Positions 1-12,497 of a DNA stretch of 64,000 nt are shown here, in pieces. The translations under genes and the position numbers were made by a program. The DNA is from Octopus sinensis. Lineage: Eukaryota. The stretch covers positions 33,976,001 to 34,040,000 of the forward strand of contig NC_043005.1 in assembly GCF_006345805.1 (NCBI RefSeq), read 5' to 3'. Numbering within the stretch: the first letter of the stretch is position 1; each line of letters begins with the position of its first letter. A model generated the notes under the pieces. It had not been told where the DNA came from. It saw only the letters and a program-made list of their open reading frames with translations, and ran no database searches.

Positions 1-170
1 AATATAATACACCTAATAATAATAATAATAATTGATTCCTTTGTATGCATATACATATGCATATATATTTAAATATATGTATATGTGTTTATGTATATTT
101 ATGTATATGTAAAAGTATATATATATGTATGTATTTGTATTTATAACTTAACCTTATGAACTTTCTAAAC

Positions 171-288
171 TCTCTGACGAAGCCCAGAGACACACCCAAA
201 TACTTTATTATCTACCAAATACTTCAGTTCACTGGAGGATAAAAGTAGAAGAGGGTACTATGGCCTCTTGGCTGAAACAGCTATTAGA
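171..288 (+). ncRNA. Degenerate minimal type-I hammerhead ribozyme motif (Penelope pLTR-like remnant)
   Basis: CTGACGA (174-180), stem II AGCCCAGAG (181-189)/CTCTTGGCT (265-273), GAAA (274-277), near-palindromic ACAGCTAT, stem I TCT (171-173)/AGA (286-288). Confidence 0.55.
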
Positions 289-666
289 TATTATCCTACT
301 TTCTATGCTCTACATTATATATTTCAATAATTACCGGTATTTTATATTTCATATATGTAAAGCATAATATGTTATACATGTAAGTATATTGTTATAATTG
401 TTTTTTTTTTTAAATAAATAAATAGAGATAATATAATGTCTAACAGTTGATGAATACCACCTCTTGATCTTATCCATTTTCTTATTGCTGTATAAATTAA
501 GGGTAAAATAACTTTTTACCCTCACTCATTTATTACACTTGGTAATGTAATTGCCATGCAATGGAAAAACACTTGTGTATTAATAATTGGGTATTCTACC
601 AGCAGTATATTGGATAGATATTATCCCTTAGTTGGTTGGATTTACAACCTCTAACTCACTTGGAAT

Positions 667-667
<1 letters not shown>

Positions 668-716
<49 letters not shown>

Positions 717-736
717 AGTGAGGGTACGTACGCCGC

Positions 737-777
<41 letters not shown>

Positions 778-935
778 TGGGACAAGAATGGAAAACATTT
801 AGGAGACAATACAAAAAACATGGACAGGACATTCGAAGCCTTCAATCTTCAGTCAAGAACCGGATCATCCTCGCAATTTCAGCTGATTAATCTTGACATA
901 TATATATACATATAAATTTGTATATATATATATAA
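668..935. repeat. (TA)n microsatellite cluster
   Basis: three direct TA runs; source of spurious IYIYIY ORFs. Confidence 0.95.
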
Positions 936-1095
936 ATCTAAAACTCTCATTTAAAATATCATTTCTTATATTGTGAGAGAGGTGTGAGAGATAGTGTGAG
1001 AGAGGTGTGAACAGTCTGAATAAATTATTCTCTTGAAAAGAAGACATTTTACACAAATTTTCCTGGAGAGGAACAACAAAGTCAAGAAATCTTAC

Positions 1096-1936
1096 CCGAT
1101 TGTGCTGCTAGCCGCCATCAAATCTGCAATATGGCTATCACCATTCTCCAAGAGACAGTTTTCATTCTCCGACTGGCAACAACTCCCGCTGGTTATCCCA
1201 CTGCTAGCAGTACCGGCTGTATCAGTGTCTTCTGTTTGACTGGTAGGCGCAGCAGGAGATTTTTCTACTGTCTTTGGACCCGACCAGTCATCTTTCTTAA
1301 CGCTGCTGCCGGAATCATTCAAATTTTTGGTTAGAGTATTTGTTGAATGTCTAAGAGAAACTGAAGATCTTTGGTTCAGTGGCAACACTTCCTTTAACCG
1401 CTTTGTACTGAGGTTACAACATGCATTCTCAAGACCTGGAGATTGGGTAACATTTTTAGGCAGAATGGTTTGAGGTTCAGTATTCCTTGTAGTCATTCGT
1501 GGTGACCGTTTTGCTCGCTTCCGGAGTCCATAAGCTGCCATGCTGGTGGGTGAGAAGTGAGGTTTTATCAAAACTCCTTTCGGACAAATAAGACGTGCCT
1601 TTTGTTGCAACTTTTGCCTGCGAGGACTGTTGCGCTTTTTCTCCAAACACAGAGATATCTGCCGACAACCAGGTGGAGAAATCTGTTGGGGTTTGGGTGC
1701 AAGGTGCTTAAAAACAGCAGATTTATTGCTTGAAGGAAGTCCTTTTGACTGTACAGTTTCGTAGACAGGAAGCAGGTTTTTGGTTGGGGTCTTCTGGAGT
1801 TCTTTTTGCTTGGCTAAGGCTTCAGATATGAAAGCAGAGTTTCTGGCACTAACAATAGAGTTACTATTTGACAATAACTGGCTGGCTACTGTGGCTATAA
1901 CATCGATAGAACTACTGGCAACATGGTCTGGTGATT
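1096..1936 (-). CDS. GON4L: GON4L exon 17 (ESPDHVASS...IADLMAASSTIG)
   Basis: ttcAG acceptor inside ORF 1092-2060; GG|GTAAG donor; 841 nt S/T/K-rich; phase 1 fits exon 16. Confidence 0.85.
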
Positions 1937-3169
1937 CTGAAGAGAAGAAAATAAAAAGTTGAAGATAAAATGGTACCATTATTATCACCACTACAATTAT
2001 CACATTTATTGTAGTTCTATCACAACACAAACTATCTTTAGTTACTGTGATTGTCAGCAATAGTGGCCACTGTCAGTCAGTATTAGAAGCTAACAGAAAG
2101 AGTGTCTTCACTGGGGTAAGAGAAAACAAAAAAAAAAACAAGAGAGGAAAGAAAAGTTTATAAGGCATTGGGTTGTCCATGTATGAAGTAGTGATCTGAG
2201 GAGAGGAAGGTAGTATGTCTGGTACTAGTTTTGGTTGTAAGAGTTACTGGGAAAATTGTCAAACTCAGATGTAACACTGAGACATTTGTGTCAGGGATCT
2301 ACTCTGATACTTCTATAATGGCTTTATGTTATCTCAAACACTCACAAAGCAAAGAGGTTATTTAATCCATAGCTGGGGGTGAAATGGGGTGGAGCTTTTG
2401 ATGATCACAAACTGCTGATATCTCTGACGGCAGACCACCACAGAGTACTTGGTACATTTAGCCTGGAATTGTAGAGGTCCCAGTTAACATGTATTACCAG
2501 TGCAAACAGAATGACAGCACACAACCACCCTCACTGACACACAAAACACCCACATGACACATGCTATGGTTGTAGTAGTAGCATGATAGTGGAGCACTTA
2601 ACAAAAAGGTGATTGAAAGAGATGAAGGCCAAAGAATAAGGCAAATAACTGTAATAGGGATGTAAAAACAATCTAATTCTAGCAATAGGTCCAAAACTGA
2701 CCAAGACACATGAATAAAGGTTGTTTTTTTTATAGCACCAGATCAAACCTGATTGAGACCTATGATTAAAGGTATTTCAGCTGGGATCAACCCATCATTT
2801 TTTTCTATCTAAGCATTGTGTACTCCAGACAATATTGTCCTTTTTCTACATAACTTGAGAGAGATGTGGCTGCTGCTTCTAACAACCACAAAATGGCTCC
2901 ATTAACAAAGGTGTTTTTAAGGACTACTAACAAGAACAGTAGTTAAAAATTTGTGACATAACTTCCTAAGATTTCCTCCATCTGCCAGAGTAACAACAGA
3001 CACCCTCCTTCTACACAGTTAAATGGCTAAAGGGATAATCATTCAATAGTGGAAATACTTGCCCCACTAATCACTTCATCCTTCCCAAAAACGAAGTACA
3101 AACATAAATTAACTGACTGAACCCATCTCAGCCTGGATCATGGGACGTTAAACCATAAATGATGATCAC

Positions 3170-3342
3170 CTGATTTGTCTGGATTTGGTGAAGAATCCTT
3201 TTGTTCAAAACTGACCAATGGTGAAGCTAACTTTGATGGAGTGGTGGCACTAGAGGACAGCTGACCTGGACGGAAATCTGAGAGTATAACTTCTGATGTT
3301 GTCCCTCCACACATCAGGTGAACATTCTGAGAAATTTCTTGG
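3170..3342 (-). CDS. GON4L: GON4L exon 16 (QEISQNVHL...SPNPDKS)
   Basis: tttAG / G|GTGATC, 173 nt, open frame, phase 2-1. Confidence 0.8.
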
Positions 3343-3496
3343 CTAAAAGTGGATCAAAATAAAAGATAATTTCATTATTAGACATTTCTTCTTCTTGTTT
3401 GTCACCAAGTCAACCTCATCACAATTTTTCCAGATACGATCTAACTACAATCTAATGTGAATTTTTTTGATTTTCACAACATCAAGTGTGATTTAA

Positions 3497-3716
3497 CTCT
3501 TTAGCATTCAGATTACTCTATCAAACGTAATGCTTATTCATACATACTGTTTTGAATTAATCATACATTATCACCTAGCATTGAGGTTTCAGTGATGTGA
3601 TAGTTTATCTTTAGGATGAATTTGTAGGGTAAGTGTGAGAGGCCAGATCTGGCCAGTTTGAATATGAAACAGGTAGAGCATTTAGGCCACATGTGGCCAG
3701 TTTAAATGCTAAAGGG
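3497..3716. mobile_element. piggyBac-type MITE
   Basis: TTAA|CTCTTTAGCATT ... AATGCTAAAGGG|TTAA; second copy at 19335-19552. Confidence 0.8.
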
Positions 3717-4199
3717 TTAATGGCAATTTAAATGCTTATTCTATCAGATCAAGAAAATACAAATAAATTTCTTTGCTGACACTGCTATTCATCGACAATA
3801 TCTGTTCTTCAGTATCTGGTCAAGGTTCCATGATACATACATTATCACTTTAAGGATTTCTTAATTAGTTACAATATTTTAAACCATTAATGAATAATTT
3901 CTAATGAAAAGTACTGCTCGTATGTTTAATTAATTTTGAAAATAATCAAGACTTTTGAAAGATTCAATAAAACAACTCATCTTAAAACTGATGTTTAAAG
4001 TATAACAAAAAGTTCTGACATAAAATTAAGACTGAAGACATTTAAATATAAGCAGCATAAAACAGCAAATACAAGCAAGCAAAATGGAGTTCCTATGAAG
4101 GATCTCTGTAGTAACATAACTTGACAGACTTTAGCTCAGGGATCAGGGAGTCACTCCAGGTCTCTGCATTAATATAAAACAGTGCTGGTTCTACGGATA

Positions 4200-4400
4200 T
4201 GTGAATAGAATGTTGCAAGAAATAATCACAAGATGGATTCTTCAAGCCAAGCCAATTGGCAGGTGACTAGGGGGTTGAAGAACAAGATGGTTAGATAATA
4301 TTCATAGTCTCAGTTAATCAAAGCAGGAAATCCAACTGGAAAGTGTAATAATAATTGCATCTGATAGGACCCTATGGAAGAGGTGTGTGAGGACTTTACT
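4200..4400 (+). mobile_element. RTE-clade LINE C-terminal fragment (second family)
   Basis: translation ...RTRWLDNIHSLS...IASDRTLWKR resembles the RTE ORF C-terminus. Confidence 0.5.
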
Positions 4401-4632
4401 TCCATATCTCTCTCAGGATTAGTGGGTGGAAAAAACAGAAAAGGAAAAACTGACAGTCTAGTATTGTGGAACCAGAGGACATTGTCAGGCCAGGTTAAAA
4501 ATAAACCCTGTGGAACCAGGGTCTGCTGTCTGGTAGACCCTTTACTTATTAAAAAAAGTAAAGAAGTACTGTTAAATGCCTCACTAAAGAACACAATGCA
4601 ATGATAAAAGGGACATGAAGAATTATTTATAC

Positions 4633-4960
4633 CATCATCATTTCATGTTTGTTTTCTATGCTGGCAGGGAAGGACGGTTTGACAAGAACTGGCAAGTCAG
4701 AAGACTGTACCAAGCTCTGCTGTCTGATTTGGCATAGTTTCTACAGCTTGATGCCCTTCCTAACACCAACCACTTCACAGAGTGCACTGGGTGCTTTTTA
4801 CATGGCATTAGCAGCAGTGAGGTCACCAAGTAACTTGCAGGAAAAGACCCCCTCAACTAGTGGTAGAGCGAATAACATTGAGAGATAGAAAAAGGTGTCT
4901 TGCATTAGAAGAGAACCATGGCTAACTCAACCCAAGTTATATGGAGATGTATATAGTGAA
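4633..4960 (-). mobile_element. RTE 3'-tail-bearing repeat (truncated LINE or RTE-tailed SINE)
   Basis: GGAAGGGCATCxAGCTGTAGAAAC core and (ATG)n tail on minus strand. Confidence 0.75.
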
Positions 4961-5600
4961 GTTGACAGGGGATTAGAGAGGGTGAATGGATGGGTGAGTT
5001 AGTGGGAAACCACTTGATAAATAAACATTTAAACCGACATAAACTGAGTTTGTGAAAATAGAAAATAGGTTAAATGTTATATGGTCAACTAGTTCAGGGC
5101 TTCAAAATTGTGAAATCAGATCTTGAAAACTTTTAAATTCTCTTTTCATTAATTCTAGTGAAACACTGAGTTTAAACCAATTTATTGTAGTGTCCTCCTT
5201 GCAGATTTGATATTCTCAAATACTAATAGAAGAGCTGACAATTAGAATTGGCCACACATAGTAAACAGTGGCATAAAGAAGATGTAAACTTTGTAAAAGT
5301 TAAATGCAACATCATTTACAGATATAATAGTTTTATCATCATAGTTATATTTCTACTAATTGTGTAGACTAACCTCTCCATCATTAAGCTAATGTTTGGA
5401 ACATAACATTTTTACATAAAATTAGGATTGAAGGTTAAAATAAAAACACTTTTAAACAGATGGTTTTGCATCATGCAACCAGGCACACTTTGTCCAAAAT
5501 CAAAAGAACTGATGAAAGAATTGTTAGAATATTGATATGTAGTAGTTGTATACATCAAAGATTTATAAGATATAAGCATATTGTCAGATTGAATACTCAC

Positions 5601-5791
5601 GCATCAGTTGGTACCAAGTTAACGCTAGTTATTGCAAGAGTAGGAGGTGACGAGAGGACCAATTTCTCCTTTGATGTTTGTAGATTACTTTCAATTAGTT
5701 TTTTACTCTTAACTTGCTTCCGACGGCTGTTGGGTTTTGTAGCTTTCCGTGTTAGCAGCGAGGTCTTTTCGGACGGAGGATCAATTATCAA
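5601..5791 (-). CDS. GON4L: GON4L exon 15 (LIIDPPSEK...LVPTDA)
   Basis: tacAG / GC|GTGAGT, 191 nt, phase 0-2 bridging exons 14 and 16. Confidence 0.82.
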
Positions 5792-6312
5792 CTGTAGAAT
5801 AACAAGACAGGGAAAAATAGAAACTCACTTCATAGACATGTCCATCAAATGGTAATTACACAGTCTAATATTAAATGTCACACCACAAACTTCCACATGA
5901 TTTCAGGTTCCTTCTCAGTGCAATGTACCAAAGCCATATGTAAGATGTTCTCTTGGCAATTACCTGGTTTCAGGTTCAGTTCTACTGCATGGCACCTTAT
6001 GTAAATATCTTCCACTAAAACCTTGGGATGATTCCATAAAAGAAAAGACAAAAAAAAAAAAAAAGAAAATTGCCAACCTAAAGACAGCAGCAGTTGTTAT
6101 TTCCTGGTCAACATATCAGCCAGTACTTCCAGTACTTTTGTTGTTTGCAAAAGTAAATGGAATGAAAACTCCTTTACTTGAAAAACAGGTGAGAGTTAAC
6201 AAAAGGAAAGGCTTCTGGTTATAAATCAATGCCTCAACAGAATTTCATTCAACCCATGCTAACATAGACAAGCAGACATATTGTGAATGAATGAATTAAA
6301 CTAGCAGACAAA

Positions 6313-6780
6313 ATCATCATCATCATCATCATCGTCGTTTAGCGTCCGTTTTCCATGCTAGCATGGGTTGGACGGTTCTACTGAGGTCTGTGAAGCCAGA
6401 AGGCTTCATCAGGCCCAGTCAAATCTGGCAGTGTTTCTACGGCTGGATGCCCTTCCTAACGCCAACCACTCCGAGAGTGTAGTGAGTGCTTTTTACGTGC
6501 CACCTGCACAGGTGCCAGACAGAGCTGGCAAACGGCCACGAACGGATGGTGCTTTTTATGTACCACCGGCACGAAGGCCAGGCGAGGCTGGCAACGGACA
6601 CGAAACGGGGCGGTGCTGGCAACGGTCGTGAAACGGAAGGTTCTCTTACATGCCACCGGCACTGGTAACACATCTGCAATTTCCATTGATCGATTTCCAT
6701 TGATCGATTTCGATTCTGATCCTCAATGGAAATCGATCAATGGAAATTGCAGATGTGTTACCAGTGCCGGTGGCATGTAA
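6313..6780 (-). mobile_element. RTE 3' UTR fragment with inverted duplication at its 5' truncation point
   Basis: tail CATGCTAGCATGGAAAACGGACGCTAAACGAC(GAT)n on minus strand; 6646-6703 is the exact reverse complement of 6723-6780. Confidence 0.85.
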
Positions 6781-6998
6781 ACTGAAACTAAATCTAGGTA
6801 CTGTGAAACATAGTTGGTTCAACTGGATGACTGACACTTGCAACTGGCAGCTTTTCTTAGGCGGGAGACTTACTCATCATAAGGTCACTTCATTTTATAA
6901 ACTGTTCTGTCCCCTACCATGTATTACACTAGTCTGAGATCTATTCCTAATATTTACAGAAAAGTATTGTTAAAAAGCATTCAATTAATCCAACTTAC

Positions 6999-7118
6999 CT
7001 TGTACCAGCTTGGAGCATCTGGGTGAGGTGAACTTCCCTTGGGAGATAAGAAGCCTTGAGCTTGACTCAGTGTCGCAGTGGGAAAGTCATCAGGTAGTTT
7101 CATAGTTTGTGCAACAAC
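6999..7118 (-). CDS. GON4L: GON4L exon 14 (VVAQTMKLP...DAPSWYK)
   Basis: tacAG / AAG|GTAAGT, 120 nt; PSWYK aligns with family PFWLK. Confidence 0.88.
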
Positions 7119-7224
7119 CTGTAAACCATGAAATACATAATTAAATACGCCAACAGAGTTTACACAAAGCTATACACTATACAGGACTAAAACAGACTAA
7201 GATATTTCATTAGGGAACCAACTG

Positions 7225-8050
7225 CTTCAAATCATCAATCAATAAGCATAATCAATACAGGATATAATTTCTTTTGAAAGGGATTCCATCAAACTAAAGA
7301 GTACTAAAGTGATACCAATCTTCTTTGTTGACAAAAAGCAAGATATATTGCAAAGCATCGCATGAATGAGGAGTTTTATTTATGAATCTGATGATGGCAA
7401 TGACGATGATGATAACATCGCTGTCACAACACTTCAAAATATCATGTTGGCCATGTTCTTCATCAACCAAAATAATTGCCACTTTCTTTAAAACTCAGGA
7501 ACATTAAATCAATGAACACATTCTTCTTCTGGTCTTTTGTCAATATTGATGACAATTTGATTGAAATCTATTCTAAAGAATAGCAGAATCTTCTGACAGA
7601 ATTGTTTCTGTGAAATATTTCTTGTAGCATCAAAACTAGTTCTAATTTTGTACTTGGACAGTCTGAGTTGTGACACCGTGCATCCATTTGAATGTCACCA
7701 ATAAAATGTAAAACTTTTAGCTTTTTATTCTCTAAAGACTTTAGAGAATTCATTCTGTGATAAATTTGTCCCGGCACTTTAAAGGTCAGCATAAACCCAT
7801 TTACCCTGACAATTTTTGTTCCAAATGATGTCATTTGAGAAACACATTTAGATGATTAAAAGTTTTTTGAGATTCAAGAAGGATACACAAAACTCCCTTA
7901 CAATGCTGGTAACTGTTATCAAAACAACACAGATTCAATTATTCCTTGTACCAGATTTTGTACAAAGAACCCAGGGACACAATTTTTTTTCATGTGCATA
8001 ATCACAATTAAGATCAAAATTCAATACAGTAACCTATAACTGCATTCAAC
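7225..8050 (-). pseudogene. Helitron Rep/helicase fragment (decayed)
   Basis: MTSFGTKIV...TFKVPGQIYHR and TPHSCDALQYILLF..EDWYH match Helitron Rep motifs QMTSFG, FKIQGQIYH and THRSYDALQYP..GEDGYH. Confidence 0.8.
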
Positions 8051-8177
8051 TATGCTTTTTCTAAAGGTCTTAACCAGTAAACTATTTAAAAGACAAAAAA
8101 ATCTTATTTTTCAGTCTTTCTTTTCTCTCTCTCTACTATTTCACAATCTTATGTAAATCTGTTATCAAAGAACTTAC

Positions 8178-8334
8178 CTTGATAGGGTTATCAACAGCTC
8201 TTTTGGAACGAAGGTTTTTTAGCCGTGCCCGGATTTGCTTTTCAGTTCGGCAGGGTAATAATAACTGTCTGATGTACATACACCTTTTAAATGAATTCAC
8301 ATGACGGAACTGTTCAAAGCCCAAAGCTAAAAGA
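8178..8334 (-). CDS. GON4L: GON4L exon 13 (NLLALGFEQF...LLPCRTEKQIRARLKNLRSKRAVDNPIK)
   Basis: tgtAG / AAG|GTAAGT, 157 nt; strongly conserved motif. Confidence 0.94.
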
Positions 8335-8861
8335 CTACAATAAATAAAATAAAAGCCAAAAAAAAAAAGGGGAATTAGTAAATTCATGAACATGAAGTTA
8401 TCTCATTGTGAGACATTAATAACGGGTGTGAAGAAATGATGGTAAATCAAGACATTGAAATAGCTGAGGTTGTTCAGGCAGACGTACACAGTTGCCACTG
8501 AGTAATGAACTGATCAAGTCACTGAACATTAATAATCAATAGATATTGATTAGAGAATTTGATTTGAGGAGGACGGGAAGCACCTGTAATGCTTGAAGCC
8601 TCCACCTCTCCACAATGTCCAGCTTAAACATCTGTAAGTTGATGTCTGGGGGAATGAGGATTGTGTGAGCAGAGAGAGAGAGAGAGAGAGAGAGATGTAA
8701 GGCAGGAAAGAACTGTATTAAGTATGAGGTGGTTGACAAACTATGAAGATGACAAGAAAATTAGCCGGATGCATCAGATCAGTTTGGATGCAGGAAACAT
8801 GGAGTATTTTACTTTAGAAAAGTAGAGAGAGAAACAGTAAGGAGACACAGCACATCATTAT

Positions 8862-9040
8862 CATCATCATAATTTAACATTCACATTCCATGCTGGCATG
8901 GGTTGGCTGGTTTGATAAGATCTAAGCTGAAGTACTGTCTTGAGCCTCGATGTCTACTTTAGCATAGTTTCTATAGCTGGATGCCCTTTCTAATGTGAAC
9001 CACTTTACAGTATGTACTGAAACTTATTTCGAGACACCAG
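8862..9040 (-). mobile_element. RTE 3'-tail repeat (old copy)
   Basis: same tail motif, diverged. Confidence 0.7.
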
Positions 9041-9773
9041 CACAATGGTTGTAGTGTGTTAATGAGATAAGTGTTGCTGGTTTTTTTATATTTTGTTTTA
9101 TTTTGACATAGTCAAAAATGCCTTTGTATACAGTAACTGCACTGTCCCTAATACATGGGAAGGGGTTCATGGAATCTGTTTAGTGTAACATAATGTAAAC
9201 CTGAAAGAACACTGATATAACATAATAAAGAATTTGGTGGTTAGAAATAACTCGTGACAGTTGCTGAGGTAGAATGTGAGAAAAATAACAGTCACAAAAG
9301 ATATTTTACCAGAGATGGAAGAATGTGGGTCAGATACAGCCAGCTGATGCATGCTAACACAAACCAAATTTTATTGTATGGGCAATCAACTTTACTAGTC
9401 CCTAGATCAAATACCATTGAAAACTTTGTTAATATCAAAATCAACAACATTGCTTTCATTGAATTTGTCAAAAGTGAGAAACTGTTGATGTATAAAGTGG
9501 AACAGCAGAGATCAAACAGACTGAGTGATGTAAGGTAAAGAGATAAGTAAATAGATAATAAGTATCTTGGGTGGAAAACAGCTGGCATTTTCTTGTAAGG
9601 AACAGTGTCTACACTTGAAAGCCAGAGATGAAGTAAGGAAAATTGACCATGAGTTTCAGGAATATCCACTCTTATATATCTTGTTGTACCAATGCATGCT
9701 TGTTTAATTAGATACACAAACATTAGATCAGAATCCACAGACACACACACAAATTAAAATCACCACTACTTAC

Positions 9774-9912
9774 TTGTCTTGAGCAGGAGAAAAGGTATGT
9801 TTAAGATTCCTGAGCTTAACCTTAGTGATGGAGCTACATATTGGCAACAATGGCGAACACAGGAAAATATCTGACTTTGCCACAAATAACTTTTTTAGGT
9901 CTTCAGATAAAC
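9774..9912 (-). CDS. GON4L: GON4L exon 12 (LSEDLKKLF...PLLPICS...FSPAQD)
   Basis: tgtAG / AA|GTAAGT, 139 nt; not in ORF track. Confidence 0.9.
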
Positions 9913-10519
9913 CTACAAACAGAAATTGAAAGAACATAAGGGTAATTCTAAAACAATTTTTATAAATTACTTAGACAAGGTGAAGAATCTTTTAGTGATT
10001 AAATGTCAAGTTTGAGCAAGGGAAATTAAAAGTGAGCAGAGATAAAAACACAGATAACACAGTGTATATTTATGTTGATTATAAACCGAATATTAGACAT
10101 TAAAATATTGGATACTTTTAAATAATAATATTATAAATGAATGTTTAATATCACATCAAAATTCAGGAATTAATTTGATAGTCCCATGACAAAGTCATTT
10201 GTTTTGCTTATTTCTAAATCTATGACTATATATTAGACCAACAGATGTCATTAAGAGATCTTAATGTTACTCTGCCACATCTAATGTTATTGTCATCTGG
10301 AGATTATTACCCAAATATATTTTGTTTTATTTTCCATTGGATGATTACAATATTCAACTGATCCCAACTATATTAAAAGACAATACTACACTGAAAGATA
10401 TAGATTTTTCTGTTATCTTGAGATATCATTAGTAAAGAGGTTATCAAGGAAAACAATTTCTAATATAAGAAAATGAACCAATTAGGGACCATATCACATA
10501 AATAACCTTCAAACAGCAT

Positions 10520-10561
<42 letters not shown>

Positions 10562-10688
10562 AACTTATAGATGCATCAATACATATCCAACTGTTACACA
10601 ACATATAAGCATGCACACATATAATATCCACACTACCACATCCAAACAAACCCAGACACACATTCACAAATTTTGTATTTAACATTAC

Positions 10689-10821
10689 TTTTACAAAAAT
10701 GCTCCTTCTTCACACTTGGTTGAAATTCCTCTAGGACTTTTAAGGATCCTTCCAAGTTGCTAGCAAGGAACACTGACTTGTCTTTTGCTGGGCTCTGATT
10801 ACCAAACATTTTTAATTCTTG
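10689..10821 (-). CDS. GON4L: GON4L exon 11 (QELKMFG...SVFLASNLEGSLKVLEEF...FCK)
   Basis: tttcAG acceptor; donor A|GTAATG chosen because phase 1 is required by exon 12; 133 nt. Confidence 0.85.
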
Positions 10822-11422
10822 CTGAAAACGAGAAAAATAAAAAGAAAAGAAATGGATTGGATTACTTATCATTTGTAAAATTAATATTAAGGAGAAGGAA
10901 ACTGATGCCAATGATTTTTAGCTCTTGAACAGTGATTATTTTGATGAAATGAATCACAAAATCGGATTCATCATGAAAAAGCACATCAATATACCAAATT
11001 TGAAAATTTGCATTTAATTTTAAAATTTCTGTAACAGCAACAGAAAAGATCTCACTCTCTCTATTTGTTTATCTCTTCCATTTATGTTTTTCTTATTGTA
11101 AACTTTCCCCCCATCTCTATATATATTCACCACACTCTCTTTCACTCTTTGTGTGTATATGTGTGTATGTATGTTTGTGTGTATGTATATATATATATAT
11201 ATATATCTCACTCATGCTGAGTATGTGCGTGTGTGTGAGGAATTTCATTAGTGCAACAGAGTTGGAAATACCCTCACAAAGCATCAGCAATAAGCTATGA
11301 AAAAATTTTAGATCTATGCACCAAAGGGAAAAACAAAAACTTCATCGTCATAAATTGCCCCAACTAATGCAGATACCTGCCTTGATCAAGAGGCCTATCC
11401 ATCGGAGGAGATATATATATAA

Positions 11423-11647
11423 GGCGGTAAGCTGGCAGAATCGTTAGCACGCCAGACAAAATGCTTAGCGGCATTTCGTCTGCCGTTACGTTCTGAGTTC
11501 AAATTCCTCCAAGGTCGATTTTGCCTTTCATCGTCGATAAATTAAGTACCAGTTACGCACTTGTGTCGATGTAATTGACTTAATCCCTTTGTCTGCCCTT
11601 GTTTGTCCCCACTGTGTTTAGCCCCTTGTGGGCAATAAAGAAATAAG
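11423..11647 (+). mobile_element. tRNA-derived SINE with Deu/Nin-like central domain
   Basis: GGCGGTAAGCTGGCAGAATCG head, GAGTTCAAATTC B box, GCCTTTCATC..GTCGATAAATTAAGTACCAG domain; further copies at 15215-15375(-), 35165-35945(-), 42412-42825(+), 50175-50475(-). Confidence 0.8.
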
Positions 11648-11904
11648 TATATATTAGAATCAAAGAAAAGATAAATAAAAACATATTGATACTCCACTAA
11701 AGTAACAGATTGGCAGCAGCAACTGTGTAAACATAAGTCAGCTCTTCCTAATCAAGGAGGTTTTTGATCAAAGGTATTCTAGCCATAACCATCTTTATCA
11801 TGTTTCCAACATAGTGTATCAAAGAATAAATTATCCAATGGTTTCTTTCTTCCCTAAGATGATATTATGTAATTTGAGGAAGAATTGGATGCCATTTCAA
11901 GTGG

Positions 11905-12245
11905 TCTTGGATTCAGTCCCATTGCATGTCACCTTGACCAAGTGTTTTCTACTATAGCCCTGGGCCAGCCACAGCCTTGTGAGTGGACTTAGTAACAAAA
12001 ACTGAAAGAAGCCAGTCATATATGTAAATGTATGTACCCTCACCATGACAACACATAATGGTTATAAATGAGCTTCACTATCATACAAGCTATGGTATTC
12101 ATTTCCAGTTTTCCATAACATGTCTGACTATGAGAAATATTACTTGCCTGGAACAGGTGTGAATTGGGAAAAGGAAGGGCATCCAGCCATAGAAAATCTG
12201 CCTCAACATGGAAAAGTAGATGCTAAATGATAATAATAATGATGA
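11905..12245 (+). mobile_element. Old CORE-like SINE with RTE-type tail
   Basis: CACCTTGACCAAGTGTTTTCTACTATAGCC body followed by GGAAGGGCATCCAGCC...CATGGAAAAG tail; similar at 40340-40750 and 41095-41520. Confidence 0.65.
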
Positions 12246-12410
12246 CTACTTGTAGTCAGTAAATGATTATAAAGTAGAACATTTATAGTCTTGCAGGATA
12301 AGCATTATTTCTGAGACACAGAAAGGAATACTTATTAAGAAACAGTTGGAAGCCATTCACATAGATTCTACATGAGTCTGCCATTCAGCAAAACAGTGAA
12401 ATAAACTTAC

Positions 12411-12497
12411 CAAAAATTTAATGCATTGATTGCTTTCATTAATATAATCCTCTTGGCCATGGGTTAACAGTGCCAGCTGACAAAGAAGTTGGGTGTG
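12411..12497 (-). CDS. GON4L: GON4L exon 10 (HTQLLCQLALL...QCIKFL)
   Basis: tttcAG / GTAAGT, 87 nt; not in ORF track; matches family HVQLLTQ motif. Confidence 0.9.

Noticed and set aside
636-1056. ORFs rich in IY/YI dipeptides (also 11020, 31330, 36422, 55676 etc.)
   Set aside because: Translations of (TA)n/(CA)n microsatellites, not genes.
9292-9750. 152-aa minus-strand ORF just after exon 12
   Set aside because: No family motif, and exon 12 splices in phase directly to exon 13; treated as a chance intronic ORF.
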